From assembly GCF_009914755.1 (NCBI RefSeq), contig NC_060932.1: a stretch of DNA of 64,000 nucleotides; one strand, 5' to 3'. Under the pieces are notes generated by a model. That model worked only from the letters and a program-made list of their open reading frames with translations, was not told the origin of the DNA and did no database searches. A program made the position numbers and the translations under genes. Source of the stretch: the human T2T-CHM13v2.0 reference genome, Homo sapiens. Below, piece after piece: positions 27,178 through 37,609 of this stretch (position 1 is the stretch's first letter; the number at the start of each line of letters is the position of its first letter).

Positions 27178-29470
27178 TGTATTAGTCTATTTTCACACAG
27201 CTAATAAAGACATACCCACGATATAGTAATTTACAAAGAAGAGAGGTTTAACTGACTCACAGTTCCACATGGCTGGGGAGTCCTCACAATCATGGCTGAA
27301 GGCCAAAGAGGAGTAAAGTCACTTCTTACATGGCAGCAAGCAAGAGAGAGCTTGTGCAGGGGAACTGCTCTTTATAAAGCCATCAGATCTCATGAGACTT
27401 ATTCACTACCAGGAGAACAGTATATGGGAAACTGCCCCCCAGATTCAATTATCTTCACCTGGGCCTGCCCTTGGCACATGGGAATTATTACAATTCAAGG
27501 TGAGATTTAGGTGGGTACACAGCCAAACCATATCATTCTACACCTGGCCCCTCCCAAATCACATGTCCTCATATTTCAAAACCAACCATGCCTTCCCAAC
27601 AGTCCCCCAAAGTCTTAACTCATTTCAGCATTAACTCAAAAGTCCACAGTCCAAAATCTCACCTGACACAAGGCAAATCCCTTCTGCCTATGAGACTGTA
27701 AAATCAAAACAAGTTAGTTATTTCCTAAATACAATAGGGGTACAGGCATTGGGTAAATACTCCCATTCCAAATAGGAGAAATTCTTCAGAACAAAAGGGC
27801 TGTAAGTCCCATGCAAGTCCAAAAGCCAAAAGGGCAGTCACTAAACCTTAAACTCCCAAATTATCTCCTTTGACTCCATGTCTTACATCCAGGTCATGCT
27901 GATGCAAAAGGTAGGTTCCCACAGCCTTGGACAGCTCAGCCCCTGTGGTTTTGCAAGGCATAGCCCCCCTTCCAGCTGCTTTCATGGGCTGACATTTTCC
28001 ACCACATGCTGCAAGCTGTTGGTGAATCTACTATTCTGGGGTCTGGAGGACAGTGGCCCTCTTCTCACAGCTCCACTAGGCAGTGCCCCAATGGGTTCTC
28101 TGTGTGGAGATTCCCACCCCACATTTCCCTTCCACACTGCCCTAGCAGAAGCTCTCCATGAGTGCTCCACCCCTGCAGTACACCTCTACCTGGACATCCA
28201 GGCATTTCCATACATCCTCTGAAAGCTAGGTGGAGGTTCTCGAACCTCAATTTTTGACTTCTATGTACTGGCAGGCACAACACCATGTGGAAGCACCAAG
28301 ACTTGGGGCTTGTACTCTCTGAAGTCACAGCCCAAGGTGTACCTTGGCCCCTTTTAGCCATGGCTGGAGTGGCTGGGTTGTTGGACACCAAGTCCCAAGG
28401 CTGCACATGCAGGGGTGTGCCTGGACCCAGCCCAGGAAACCATTTTTCCCTCCTAGGACTCTGGGCCTGTGATGGAAGGGGCTGCCTCAAATGTCTCTGC
28501 CATGCCCTGGAGACATTTTCTCCATTGACTCAGTGATTAACATTTGGCTCCTTGTTACTTCTGCAAATTTCTGCAACTGGCTTGAATTTCTCCCCAGAAA
28601 ACAGGTTTTTCTTTTCTACTGCTTTGTCAGGTTGCACATTTTTTCAAACTTTTATGCTCTGCTTCCCCTTGAACTCTTTGCCACTTAAAAATTTCTTCAG
28701 CCAGATACCCTAAATCGTCCCTCTCAAGTTAAAAATTCCACAGATCTCTAGGGCAGGGGCAAAATGCCACCAGTCTCTTTGCTAAAGCATAGCAAAACTC
28801 ACCTCTGCTCCAGTTCCCAGCAAGTTCCTCATCCCCATCTGAGACCACCTCAGCCTGGACTTTATTGTCCATATCACTATCAGAATTTTGCTCAAAGCCA
28901 TTCAACAAATCTCTAAGGCATTCCAAACTTTCCCACATCTTCCTGTCTTGTGAGCCCTCCAAGTCTCTAGGAAGTTTCAAACTTCCCCACATTTTTATAT
29001 CTTCTCCTGATTCCCCCAAACTGTTACAACCTCTGCCTGTTACCCAGTTCCAAAGTCGCTTCCACATTTTTGAGTACCTTTACAGTTGCACCCTACTCTA
29101 CCAGTACCAATTTACTGTATTGGTCTGTTCTCATGCTGCTATAAAGACATACCCAAGACTGGGTAATTTATAAAGAAAAGAGGTTTAATTGACTCACAGT
29201 TCCACATGCCTGGGGAGGCCTCACAATCATGGCTGAAGGTGAATGAAGAACAAAGATACATCTTACATAGCAGCAGGCAAGAGAGCTTGTGCAGGGGAAC
29301 TCCCATTTATAAAACTATCAGATCTCATAAGGCTTATTAACTACCATGAGAACAGCGTGGGGGAAAACACTCCCATTATTCAAGTATCTCCACCTGGTCC
29401 TGCCCTTGACACGTGGGGATTATTACAATTCAAGGTGAGATTTGGGTGGGGACACAGCCAAACCATATCA
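27178..29470 (-). mobile_element. Complete THE1 (THE1C-like) MaLR provirus: LTR 27178-27535, internal 27536-29115, LTR 29116-29470
   Basis: Two direct LTRs tgtatt(a/g)gtc...cagccaaaccatatca, 1.58 kb internal region, perfect TSD gtatt (27173-27177, 29471-29475). Confidence 0.96.
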
Positions 29471-29487
29471 GTATTATAGACCCTCTC

Positions 29488-29668
29488 TCTATATATATGA
29501 TGTGTATATATAAATGTGTATATATATTTATATACATATATATGTGTGTATATATATTTATATACATGTATATGTGTGTATATATATTTATATACATGTA
29601 TATGTGTGTATATATATTTATATACATATATATGTGTGTATATATATATAAAGTGTATATATACATAT
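29488..29668. repeat. AT-rich minisatellite with a 30-bp unit x4 (29521-29640)
   Basis: tatatatttatatacat(a/g)tatatgtgtgta repeated four times. Confidence 0.92.
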
Positions 29669-29834
29669 GATGGGTTTGTGTGTTCTGAAATTGAGACCCA
29701 GTGATATCTGAAGTGCTAAGATAGTCCACATGCATATACTCATACCAATAGGTTCCTTGTCTGAGAATTCCTTAAGAAAAACATAAACATCAGCACAGGG
29801 GAGAATAAACATTTGATGTATGTAAATGCACATG

Positions 29835-30112
29835 TAGATGATAGGATTAACGTCTTTAATCACCATAGAAATCAGAAAGCATGCACTCACTTACTCTCTC
29901 TCCCCACCCCCCCCCTTTCTCTCTGTCTTTTCCAAGTGATGACACAAGATGGCCATCAGCAAACTAGGTAGAAAACCATCATCAGAACCTGACCATGCTG
30001 GCACCCAGATCTCAAAATTGTAGCCTCCAGACAGTGAAAAAAAAAAAATTTCTATTGTTTAAATTATACAATCTATGGCATTAAAAAATGTCAGCTAACA
30101 CTTACTAAAACA
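29835..30112 (+). mobile_element. MLT1A/B-like MaLR LTR fragment
   Basis: aagatggccatc...agaacctgaccatgctggcacc...agcctccaga...tttctattgtttaa. Confidence 0.75.
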
Positions 30113-30899
30113 CCCTCTAAGAAATGGAAAAGTAATAGCAATCATTTGTTTAGATTATTCAATGATACCTAGAATGGAAGCCATTGAAGATACTGCCTGT
30201 ATTGTAGTAAATTACCTGGTTTAAATGCTGGAGTTTTGCTTGTGGTCAGGATAAAGTAGTTAATCACAACCCCTGAGATGCAAATATAAATTGCTATAGA
30301 ACTGAACACTGTATTTGAGAAAATAGCTACTAGGCTTTGGACAACAGGACAAGATCAAAGTCCTGTAATTCCTAGGAGAATGGAAATACACTAGATGAGT
30401 CCCATCTTGCCATGTCTTTAGCTGAGGGCACTTCCTGGATTGTAATGTAATTAGGTAACACCCAAGCAGAGAATGGCGGTTCCACTGAGCTAATGAGGCA
30501 GAGACAAGAGTTTAATGATACTGAAGCAGCTTTCACACGGTGAACCGGGGACTGGAAAGGAGAGAGATGAGGGTAAAGACATAGGCATAGGACTTCTCCA
30601 CAGGTTTTTGTTGAAGACTTGGCCTGCATTTTTGTAGAATAAACTTTGCAATGTCTACTAGAGAGTGGTAGCTATAGGGATGAGAGCTAAACAGATATGT
30701 TGAAGATATTGCAGAGCTAGTATATGCTATATTTCTGGCCTTGCAGTATGTAAAATACTCTTAATGAGCAACTCATTCAGAGTTGAGGTCCTAAAAACGT
30801 CAGACATTAAGGGTAAAGGATGACATCCTAAAGTAAACATCGTAGTATAGGATGATGGAGCAGATTGATATAACAAAGAATAATACCAAGCCAGACATT

Positions 30900-32640
30900 C
30901 AATATCAAATATAATTAATTTAATAATATTAAGCCACAGAAAAACATAATGCCCTATAAGGGAAGGCATCATCTAGAGCCCCTACAGTCAACCACTCACA
31001 GCGTTCAACACAATTTTAAAAGATTTCCAAACACAAAAAGAACTATGATCAAGAGAAAATATCAATCTGCAGAAACAAACACAAAAATGACACAAATGTT
31101 AGACTTAAACAAAAGCATTACAGTAGCTATCATAAATGTGTCGAAGAACTTAAATGAAAAAAATAGACATGATGAGAAAGGTACATTTTTAGAAAAAAAA
31201 CTAATAAAAAAGATCCAAAGGAAATGATAGAACTGAAAATCAAACTATTTAAAAGGAAATGTTCAATGAACAGACTGAGCAGAAAACTGAAGATTATAGA
31301 AAAAAAGATCAGCAGACTTGAGGACAGATCAATACAAATAATCAAATAGGAAAATAGATAGAAAAAAAAAATCGCCTTTGGGGAAATATCAAGTGATGAG
31401 CATGCATGCAGTTAAAGCCCTAGTAGAAGAGAGAAAGAGTGGAAAAGGTGAAATATTGATAAATTAATTGCCAAAACCTCCAAAAATTTGTTTTAAAAAC
31501 TCAATCTACAGATCTGAGAAAAACAGTAACACCACGGCAGTAAAAACACACTCAGGCACATTTGAGTAGGACTGAACACAATAGATAAAATTTTACAAGC
31601 AGCCAGAAAAAGAATAAAGGCCTACTGCATGCAAGGAAAATAAAATAAAAGATAATTGACATTTAATCAGAAGCAATGAACGGAAGACAATAGAATGACA
31701 TTCTCAAAGCAATTAAAACAATATATCAACCCAGAATTATGTGTCTAGTAGAAATATTATTCAAAGCATGTAGACAAAATAAAGACATATTGACTTGAAA
31801 TCTGAAAGAATTTGTCATCGTGAAAACAACGCTATATAACATGTCAAAAGAAAGTTTTATTTGTGTAATGGAAATTATACTGGGATTGGAGGGCAATCAA
31901 ATCTACAGAGAACTAAATGCTTGAGGAAGAGTATCTATGGGGATAAATATTAAAGCCAACTTTCATATATTTTTCTTACTTAATATCTTTAAAATATATG
32001 TTGCTGCTGTAAGGTAAAATGTTAACTTGTAGTTTGGAATTTATAACATCTGTAAAAATAAATTGTATGGTGAAATAGCAAAAGGATAGGGTAAAGGGAA
32101 TTTTAGTTTGTAAGTTTATTATAGTTTACATAGTGTAGCATTATATTAACCTAATTAGCTTTTAATTAATGAGGAATATTCATTGAAATCGCTGAATCAA
32201 ACATTGGGGAAAAAGTTGTAGAAAAAAGTTGATAAAGTAAATGAACTAGAACATTTTTTAGTTTAACTCCCCCAAAAATGGCAAGAATAAGGGAACCAAG
32301 AAAAATAAAAAGCTAATAAGATAAACAGCAAATGAAGAGAAAATGAATGAGCTCAAGCTCCACCATACAAATAGTTAAATTAAATGGGAATTGACTAAAT
32401 ATCCAATTAAGAAATGAAGACTGGACTAAAATTCAAGATTTAAATCTGTGCTGTCTTCAAGAGGTGAATTTAAAATTTAAACATAGCTAGGGTAAAAGAT
32501 AAGAGGATGGAAAAACATTAACCATGCAAACAGAAACCATAAGTGAGATGTGTGAACCATACCAAATTTGGGAAACGCAGACTTCAGGACTTGGATTTTA
32601 TAGCAGATTAGAGGAAATGTTTACCATAAAGAATAGCAGC
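30900..32640 (+). mobile_element. Old L1M ORF1 and start of ORF2, highly decayed; may extend upstream to ~30250
   Basis: atgacacaaatgttagac, gacttgaggacagatcaatac, caacccagaattatgtgtc, ttaaatgggaattgactaaat (LNVNGLN-like). Confidence 0.7.
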
Positions 32641-32835
32641 AAGATGATAAAGTGAACATAAAAAAAACTTTTAAAAATTCTGTTTGCATGCATAGTTTAC
32701 TTTTGTGCTTCTTGCCCATCTCCCTCTTTCCCTTTCTTCCTCTATTTTTTTTTAACTGTATTATTATTCTTTGACCAGGAACACTTTTTATTTTTAATTT
32801 ACTTATGTGTATTTTTTTAAATGAGTTTGGATATT

Positions 32836-32948
32836 TTTATTTTTATTTATGCTAACACATGATGTGACATAATGTTTTTAAAATCTATTTATTTCTATGT
32901 AGGGGACACAAGTGCAGGTTTCTTACAGGCGTATATTGCACAGTCACC
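32836..32948 (-). mobile_element. Very short L1PB/L1PA15-16-like 3' end plus extra 3' sequence and A tail
   Basis: ggggacacaagtgcaggtttcttacaggcgtatattgcacagt is antisense L1 3' terminus; flanked by tttggatatt at 32826-32835 and 32949-32958. Confidence 0.7.
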
Positions 32949-33115
32949 TTTGGATATTGCTAAGGCAAAAATATTGTCCTAAAAAAAATGATGTTTAAAA
33001 TCCAGGAGAGATATGTGAAATAAGATTGGCAAAATGGTCATATTACTGAATCTGAGTGATAGGTGCATAGGGTTTAATAAATATCCCTTCTAATTTTACG
33101 TATTATCAAAATATT

Positions 33116-33223
33116 AAGAAAGAAAGAAGGAAAGAAAGAAGGAAAGAAAGAAAAAAAGAAAAAGAAAAGAAAGAGAAAGAAAGAAAGAGGAAGGAAGGAA
33201 GGAGGGAGGGAGGAAGAGGGAGA
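33116..33223. repeat. Polypurine (GAAA)n/(GGAA)n tract
   Basis: Direct inspection. Confidence 0.9.
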
Positions 33224-33554
33224 ACGCAAAACAAAAATAAGTGAGACTTTTTAGGCTATTTAACATAATATGCTCAATGTGACATTCTCAAGGAATAAAC
33301 TGGCACACACTAAATGCTATATAAATGTTTAAATACCTGAATTAAACTGATGCTGATTCATATAACCATGTCAAATTCAGCTAATTACATTTTCTACATG
33401 CAGACAGTTAATTAAAAAACAAACCTATCAGCTCTGTTTTATGCTACTGGTAAAAAAAAAAAAAAAACAATAAACAAAAGCTAGGTAGCAAGGATTAAAG
33501 GTGAGAACTGAAATTAAAACATGACAAGGAGTGACGTTTTGTTATAAAACGAAA

Positions 33555-33745
33555 ATCTGGGATTTGGCATCAAAAGTTCTAGTAATGAAGACTGATTCTA
33601 TTTTGGATGGGTTATATGACCTCTGCCAGTTTATATAAAGCCCATCAGAGACTCACTATTTCATCTTTCATATGTGGAAAGTCAACATCTGCCTACTTCA
33701 TAGGATGGTTGTAAGGACTGAATGGAATGTGTATAAAAAACACTC
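33555..33745 (+). mobile_element. MIR relic
   Basis: ctgcctacttcataggatggttgtaaggactgaatg. Confidence 0.6.
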
Positions 33746-33911
33746 TGAACTTCTGTATGTATAAAAAAAATCATTCTTTTGTAAAATTCAAAGATGGGCA
33801 CTGAGGCATATCTTTAACGCAGAACAGCAAGTCATGCTAGAATATGGTATAGAATGTAGGAGCGAAATGATTAAAGTATTAAAAATCATAACAGCAATAA
33901 TCTTTATTCAA

Positions 33912-34473
33912 TTTTTTTCTGGAAAACAAGGTTTTGTTTTGTTTTGTGTATTTGTAGCTGTAGCCACAACTTGGAAGCTTAATATCTTCCAAGGGTGGAA
34001 GGGAAAGTCCTGGAGAGTCAGGGTGTCTCTTGGCCCTCAGCAAGCAGAGTACGAAGGCTGTTCAGGGGCCGGCGAGGGTGCCGGTGCAGTAGCCATGGCA
34101 GCAGCACTAAACCTGGTACCCCTCTCAGGTGGGGTGCCTGGTGGACCATGGGTGATCTCTGTAGCATGGGCGAGGACCAGTCCCCAGGGCTGGGGCTCTG
34201 AACTCTAGGCCACGTCAGGGCCCTGGATCAGAGAACTAGGGGTGCTGAGGTGGGGTTGAGAATGGAGTAATAGATGTGGGAGTGGGTGGTCTAAGGGTGG
34301 GTGGTCCAAGATGGTGCATGGACTACAGTCTGGAGAGGACCCATCCTCACTTAGGTCGTGGGTCCAGCAGGAAGGCAGTTCTCACAGAGCACGTGGCCTT
34401 CCAAAGGGAAGCAGCTGCTGTCTTCTGCCTCAGTTGACAGGGGCTTCCCACAGTCCCCTCACTTGTAACACTT
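33912..34473 (-). pseudogene. ZYXP1: 5'-truncated processed zyxin (ZYX) pseudogene: end of LIM3 domain, 3' UTR and A-tail remnant
   Basis: 34473-34351 translates [39 protein letters not shown] versus the zyxin C-terminus [40 protein letters not shown]; 3' UTR motifs (ctggtcctcgcccat, ccaggtttagtgctgctgc, ccttgttttccag) match ZYX as recalled; the symbol is from memory. Confidence 0.9.
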
Positions 34474-34864
34474 GAATTGATTTGACATCCTTATGGAAAT
34501 ATCCCTGAAGTTTTAATACCTGAACTTAAATCTCTGATTGACTGCTGATTATCTGTGAGCTTCTTAGTGGGACTACTCTGATTATCTTTCCTTTCTTGCC
34601 TATAACTCCCCTTTGAATATACACTAAATCCAACTTCATTTGATTTAGTGTCTATCAATCACCATAAAATTATATATATTAAAAATAAATGACCCACTTG
34701 ATGACAGCCACCTTGAAATTGTCCATGGGACAGTACAGAGAAAAAGGAAATAGAAAACTATTAGATACTGAATTAATATGAATAAATTACATAGAATTAA
34801 TTCATTAAAATTATTGATTAAAAATTATATGCTTAACATATTGACAGTTTTGAATAGAGGTCTT

Positions 34865-35385
34865 TGGTTGTCAGTCTCCAAAATGCCCCCATGTGCCTGG
34901 ATTCCTGGTACCCAGGTCTTTGTGCAGTTCTCCCTGGGTAGAGAAGACTGACCTGCATGACCGACAGTATGTGGAGGAAATTGCAACTGTGACTTCTGAT
35001 GCTAAGACCCAAAAGACCTTGTGGCTTCCACTTTCCTGTCTCTTGAATTGCTTGCTCTGGCAGAACCAGCTACCACGTCATAAATATGCTAATGCATCCC
35101 TATGGTCTGGTCCTTTTGGCAAGAGACTGGGATCTCCTGTAAATGACCAGCACCCATTTCCGGGCATGTTCATGTATCGCCTAGAAAGTGGCTTCCCTGC
35201 TCAGAGAAGCCCACGGTTGACTGTATCCCTGGCAACCACTTGAGACCTTAAGATCAAACCACCCAGCAAACTTATTACCAGATTTTGAACCAGAGATGTC
35301 AGGTGTGTGAGATTATCAGTGCTTAATGTTTTAAGACACTAAATTATGATGTAATTTGTTATGGAACAACAGACAAGTCATACAA
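34865..35385 (+). mobile_element. MLT1E/F-like MaLR LTR
   Basis: ctccaaaatgccccc...tgtgacttctga...ccacccagc...gtaatttgttatg. Confidence 0.7.
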
Positions 35386-35405
35386 GACCTAAAATATGAA
35401 TCATG

Positions 35406-35693
35406 GGCTGGACACAGTGGCTCACATCTGTAATTCCAGCAATTTGAGAGGCCAAGGTAGGCGGATCACCTGAGGTCAGGAGTTCGAGATCAGTCTGGCC
35501 AACATGGTGAAATCCTGTGCCTAATAAAAATACAAAAATTAGCCGGGCATGGTGGCAGGCGACTATAATCCCAGCTAGTCGGGAGCCTGAGGCAGGAGAG
35601 TCGCTTGAACCCAGGAGGCAGAGGTTGCAGTGAGCCAAAAGATCATGCCACGGTACTCCAGCCTGGGCGACAGAGCAAGAGTAAAAATAAAAT
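35406..35693 (+). mobile_element. AluSx-like SINE
   Basis: Dimeric Alu, cacctgaggtcaggagttcgag; TSD aaaatatga(a/t)tca. Confidence 0.95.
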
Positions 35694-36414
35694 AAAATAT
35701 GATTCACAGATGTATTCTGTGGCAAACAGTATCATAGTTCAGTGCATTTGTATAAATCAAAGTTATTGATGTATAATTTATATATGAAAAAATGCACACA
35801 TTTAAATGCACATTTTAGTGATTTTTTACAAATGAATCCACCTGGATGACTGTCACCATTATCAAGATACCAAATAGTTTTATAACTCAGTAAAGTTGCT
35901 TTCTACCCATTTCCGACTTCACTTTCCACAGGCTCCAGGCCAGTCTGCTTTCTCTCATTAGAGAATATGTCTAAATTTTCTAGATCTTCATATAAGTAGA
36001 ATCATATGATATACTATTTTGTATCCAAATATTGTGGGTAGTTTACTCCTCTCAAAGTAATGTGTTTGAGATTCATCCATGCTGTGTGTATCAGCAGCCA
36101 ATTTCCTTGTTTTCACACACAGTATTTTATTGTATGAGCATATCGCATCTTTTCTACACAACCTCTTAGTGGACATGTGTGGTTTCCAGGTTTTAGCTAC
36201 TATAGGTAAATGTACAGTTTGTTGTGCAGACATATATTTTTATTTATCTTGTGTAAAATACCTGGGAGTGTAATTGATGGGTTATATGGTTAGGGTATGT
36301 TTAACTTTAAAAGAAAATGCCAAGTTATTATCCAAACATTTCATTTTGAATTCCCTCTAGCAATGTATGTGTTCCAGTTCCTCTGCATTCTCACCAATTC
36401 TTTGTATTGTCAGG

Positions 36415-37508
36415 TTTTTTTGTTTTGTTTTGTTTTGTTTTACTTTAAGTTCTAGGGTACATGTGCCGAACGTGTAGGTTTGTTACATAGGTATACAAGT
36501 GCCGTGATGGTTTGCTGCACCCATCAATCCATCATCTACATTAGGTATTTCCCCTAATGCTATCCTTCCCCTAGCTCCCCACCCCCTGACAGGCCCCAGT
36601 GTGTAATGTTCCCCTCGCTGTGTCCATGTGTTCTCATTGTTCAACTCCCACTGATGAGTGACAACATGCAATATTTGGTTTTCTGTTCTTGTGTTAGTTT
36701 GGTGAGAATGATGGTTTACAGCTTCATTCATGTCCCTGCAAAGGACATGAACTCATCTTTTTGTATGGCTGCATAGTATTCCATGGTGTTTATGTGCCAC
36801 ATTTTCTTTATCCAGTCTATCATTGATGGGCATTTGGGTTGGTTTCAAGTCTTTGCTATTGTGAATAGGGCTGCAATAAACATACTTATGCATGTGTCTT
36901 TATAGTAGAATGATTTATAATCCTTTGGGCATATACCCAGTAATGGGATTGTTGTGTCAAATGGTATTTCTGGTTCTAGATCCTTGAGGAATCACCCTAT
37001 TGTCTTCCACAATGGTTGAACTAATTTACACTCCCACCAACAGTGTAAAAGTGTTCCTATTTCTCCATATCTTCTCTAGCATCTGTTGTTTCCTGATCTT
37101 TTAATGATCACCATTCTAACCAGCATGAGATGGTATCTCATCATGGTTTTGATTAGCATTTCTCTAATGACCAGTGATGATGAGCTTTTTTTCATATGTT
37201 TGTTGGCTGCATAAATGTCTTCTTTTGAGAAGTGTCTGTTCATATGCTTTGCCCACTTTTTGATGGGGTTGTTTTTTTTCTTGTAAATTTTTTTTAAGTT
37301 CTTTGTAGATTCTGGACATTAGCCCTTTGTCAGATGGATAGATTGCAAAAATTTTCTCCCATTCTGTAGGTTGCCTGTTCACTCTGATAATAGTTTCTGT
37401 TGCTGTGCAGAAGCTCTGTAGTTTAATTAGATGCCATCTAGATCAATTTTGGCTTTTGTTGCCATTGCTTTTTGTGTTTTAGTCATGAAGTCTTTGCCCA
37501 TGCCTATG
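36415..37508 (-). mobile_element. 5'-truncated L1PA (L1PA7/8-like), ~1.1 kb
   Basis: (TTTTG)n tail, actttaagttctagggtacatgtg; ORF 37164..37382 [20 protein letters not shown] (ORF2 C-terminal region). Confidence 0.93.
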
Positions 37509-37509
37509 A

Positions 37510-37609
37510 TTTAATTTTAAAAGTTCCAGGATACATGTGCAGGATGTGCAGGTTTATTACATAGGTAAACGTGTGCCATGGTGGTTTGCTGAACCTATCA
37601 ACCCGTCAC
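37510..37609 (-). mobile_element. Second short L1PA 3' terminus
   Basis: aagttccaggatacatgtgcaggatgtgcaggtttattacataggtaaacgtgtgccatgg. Confidence 0.88.

Noticed and set aside
29413-29735. Tyr/Ile/His-repeat ORFs
   Set aside because: Translations of the 30-bp AT minisatellite.
33834-34208. 124-aa plus-strand ORF
   Set aside because: Antisense to the GC-rich ZYX-derived 3' UTR; open by composition.
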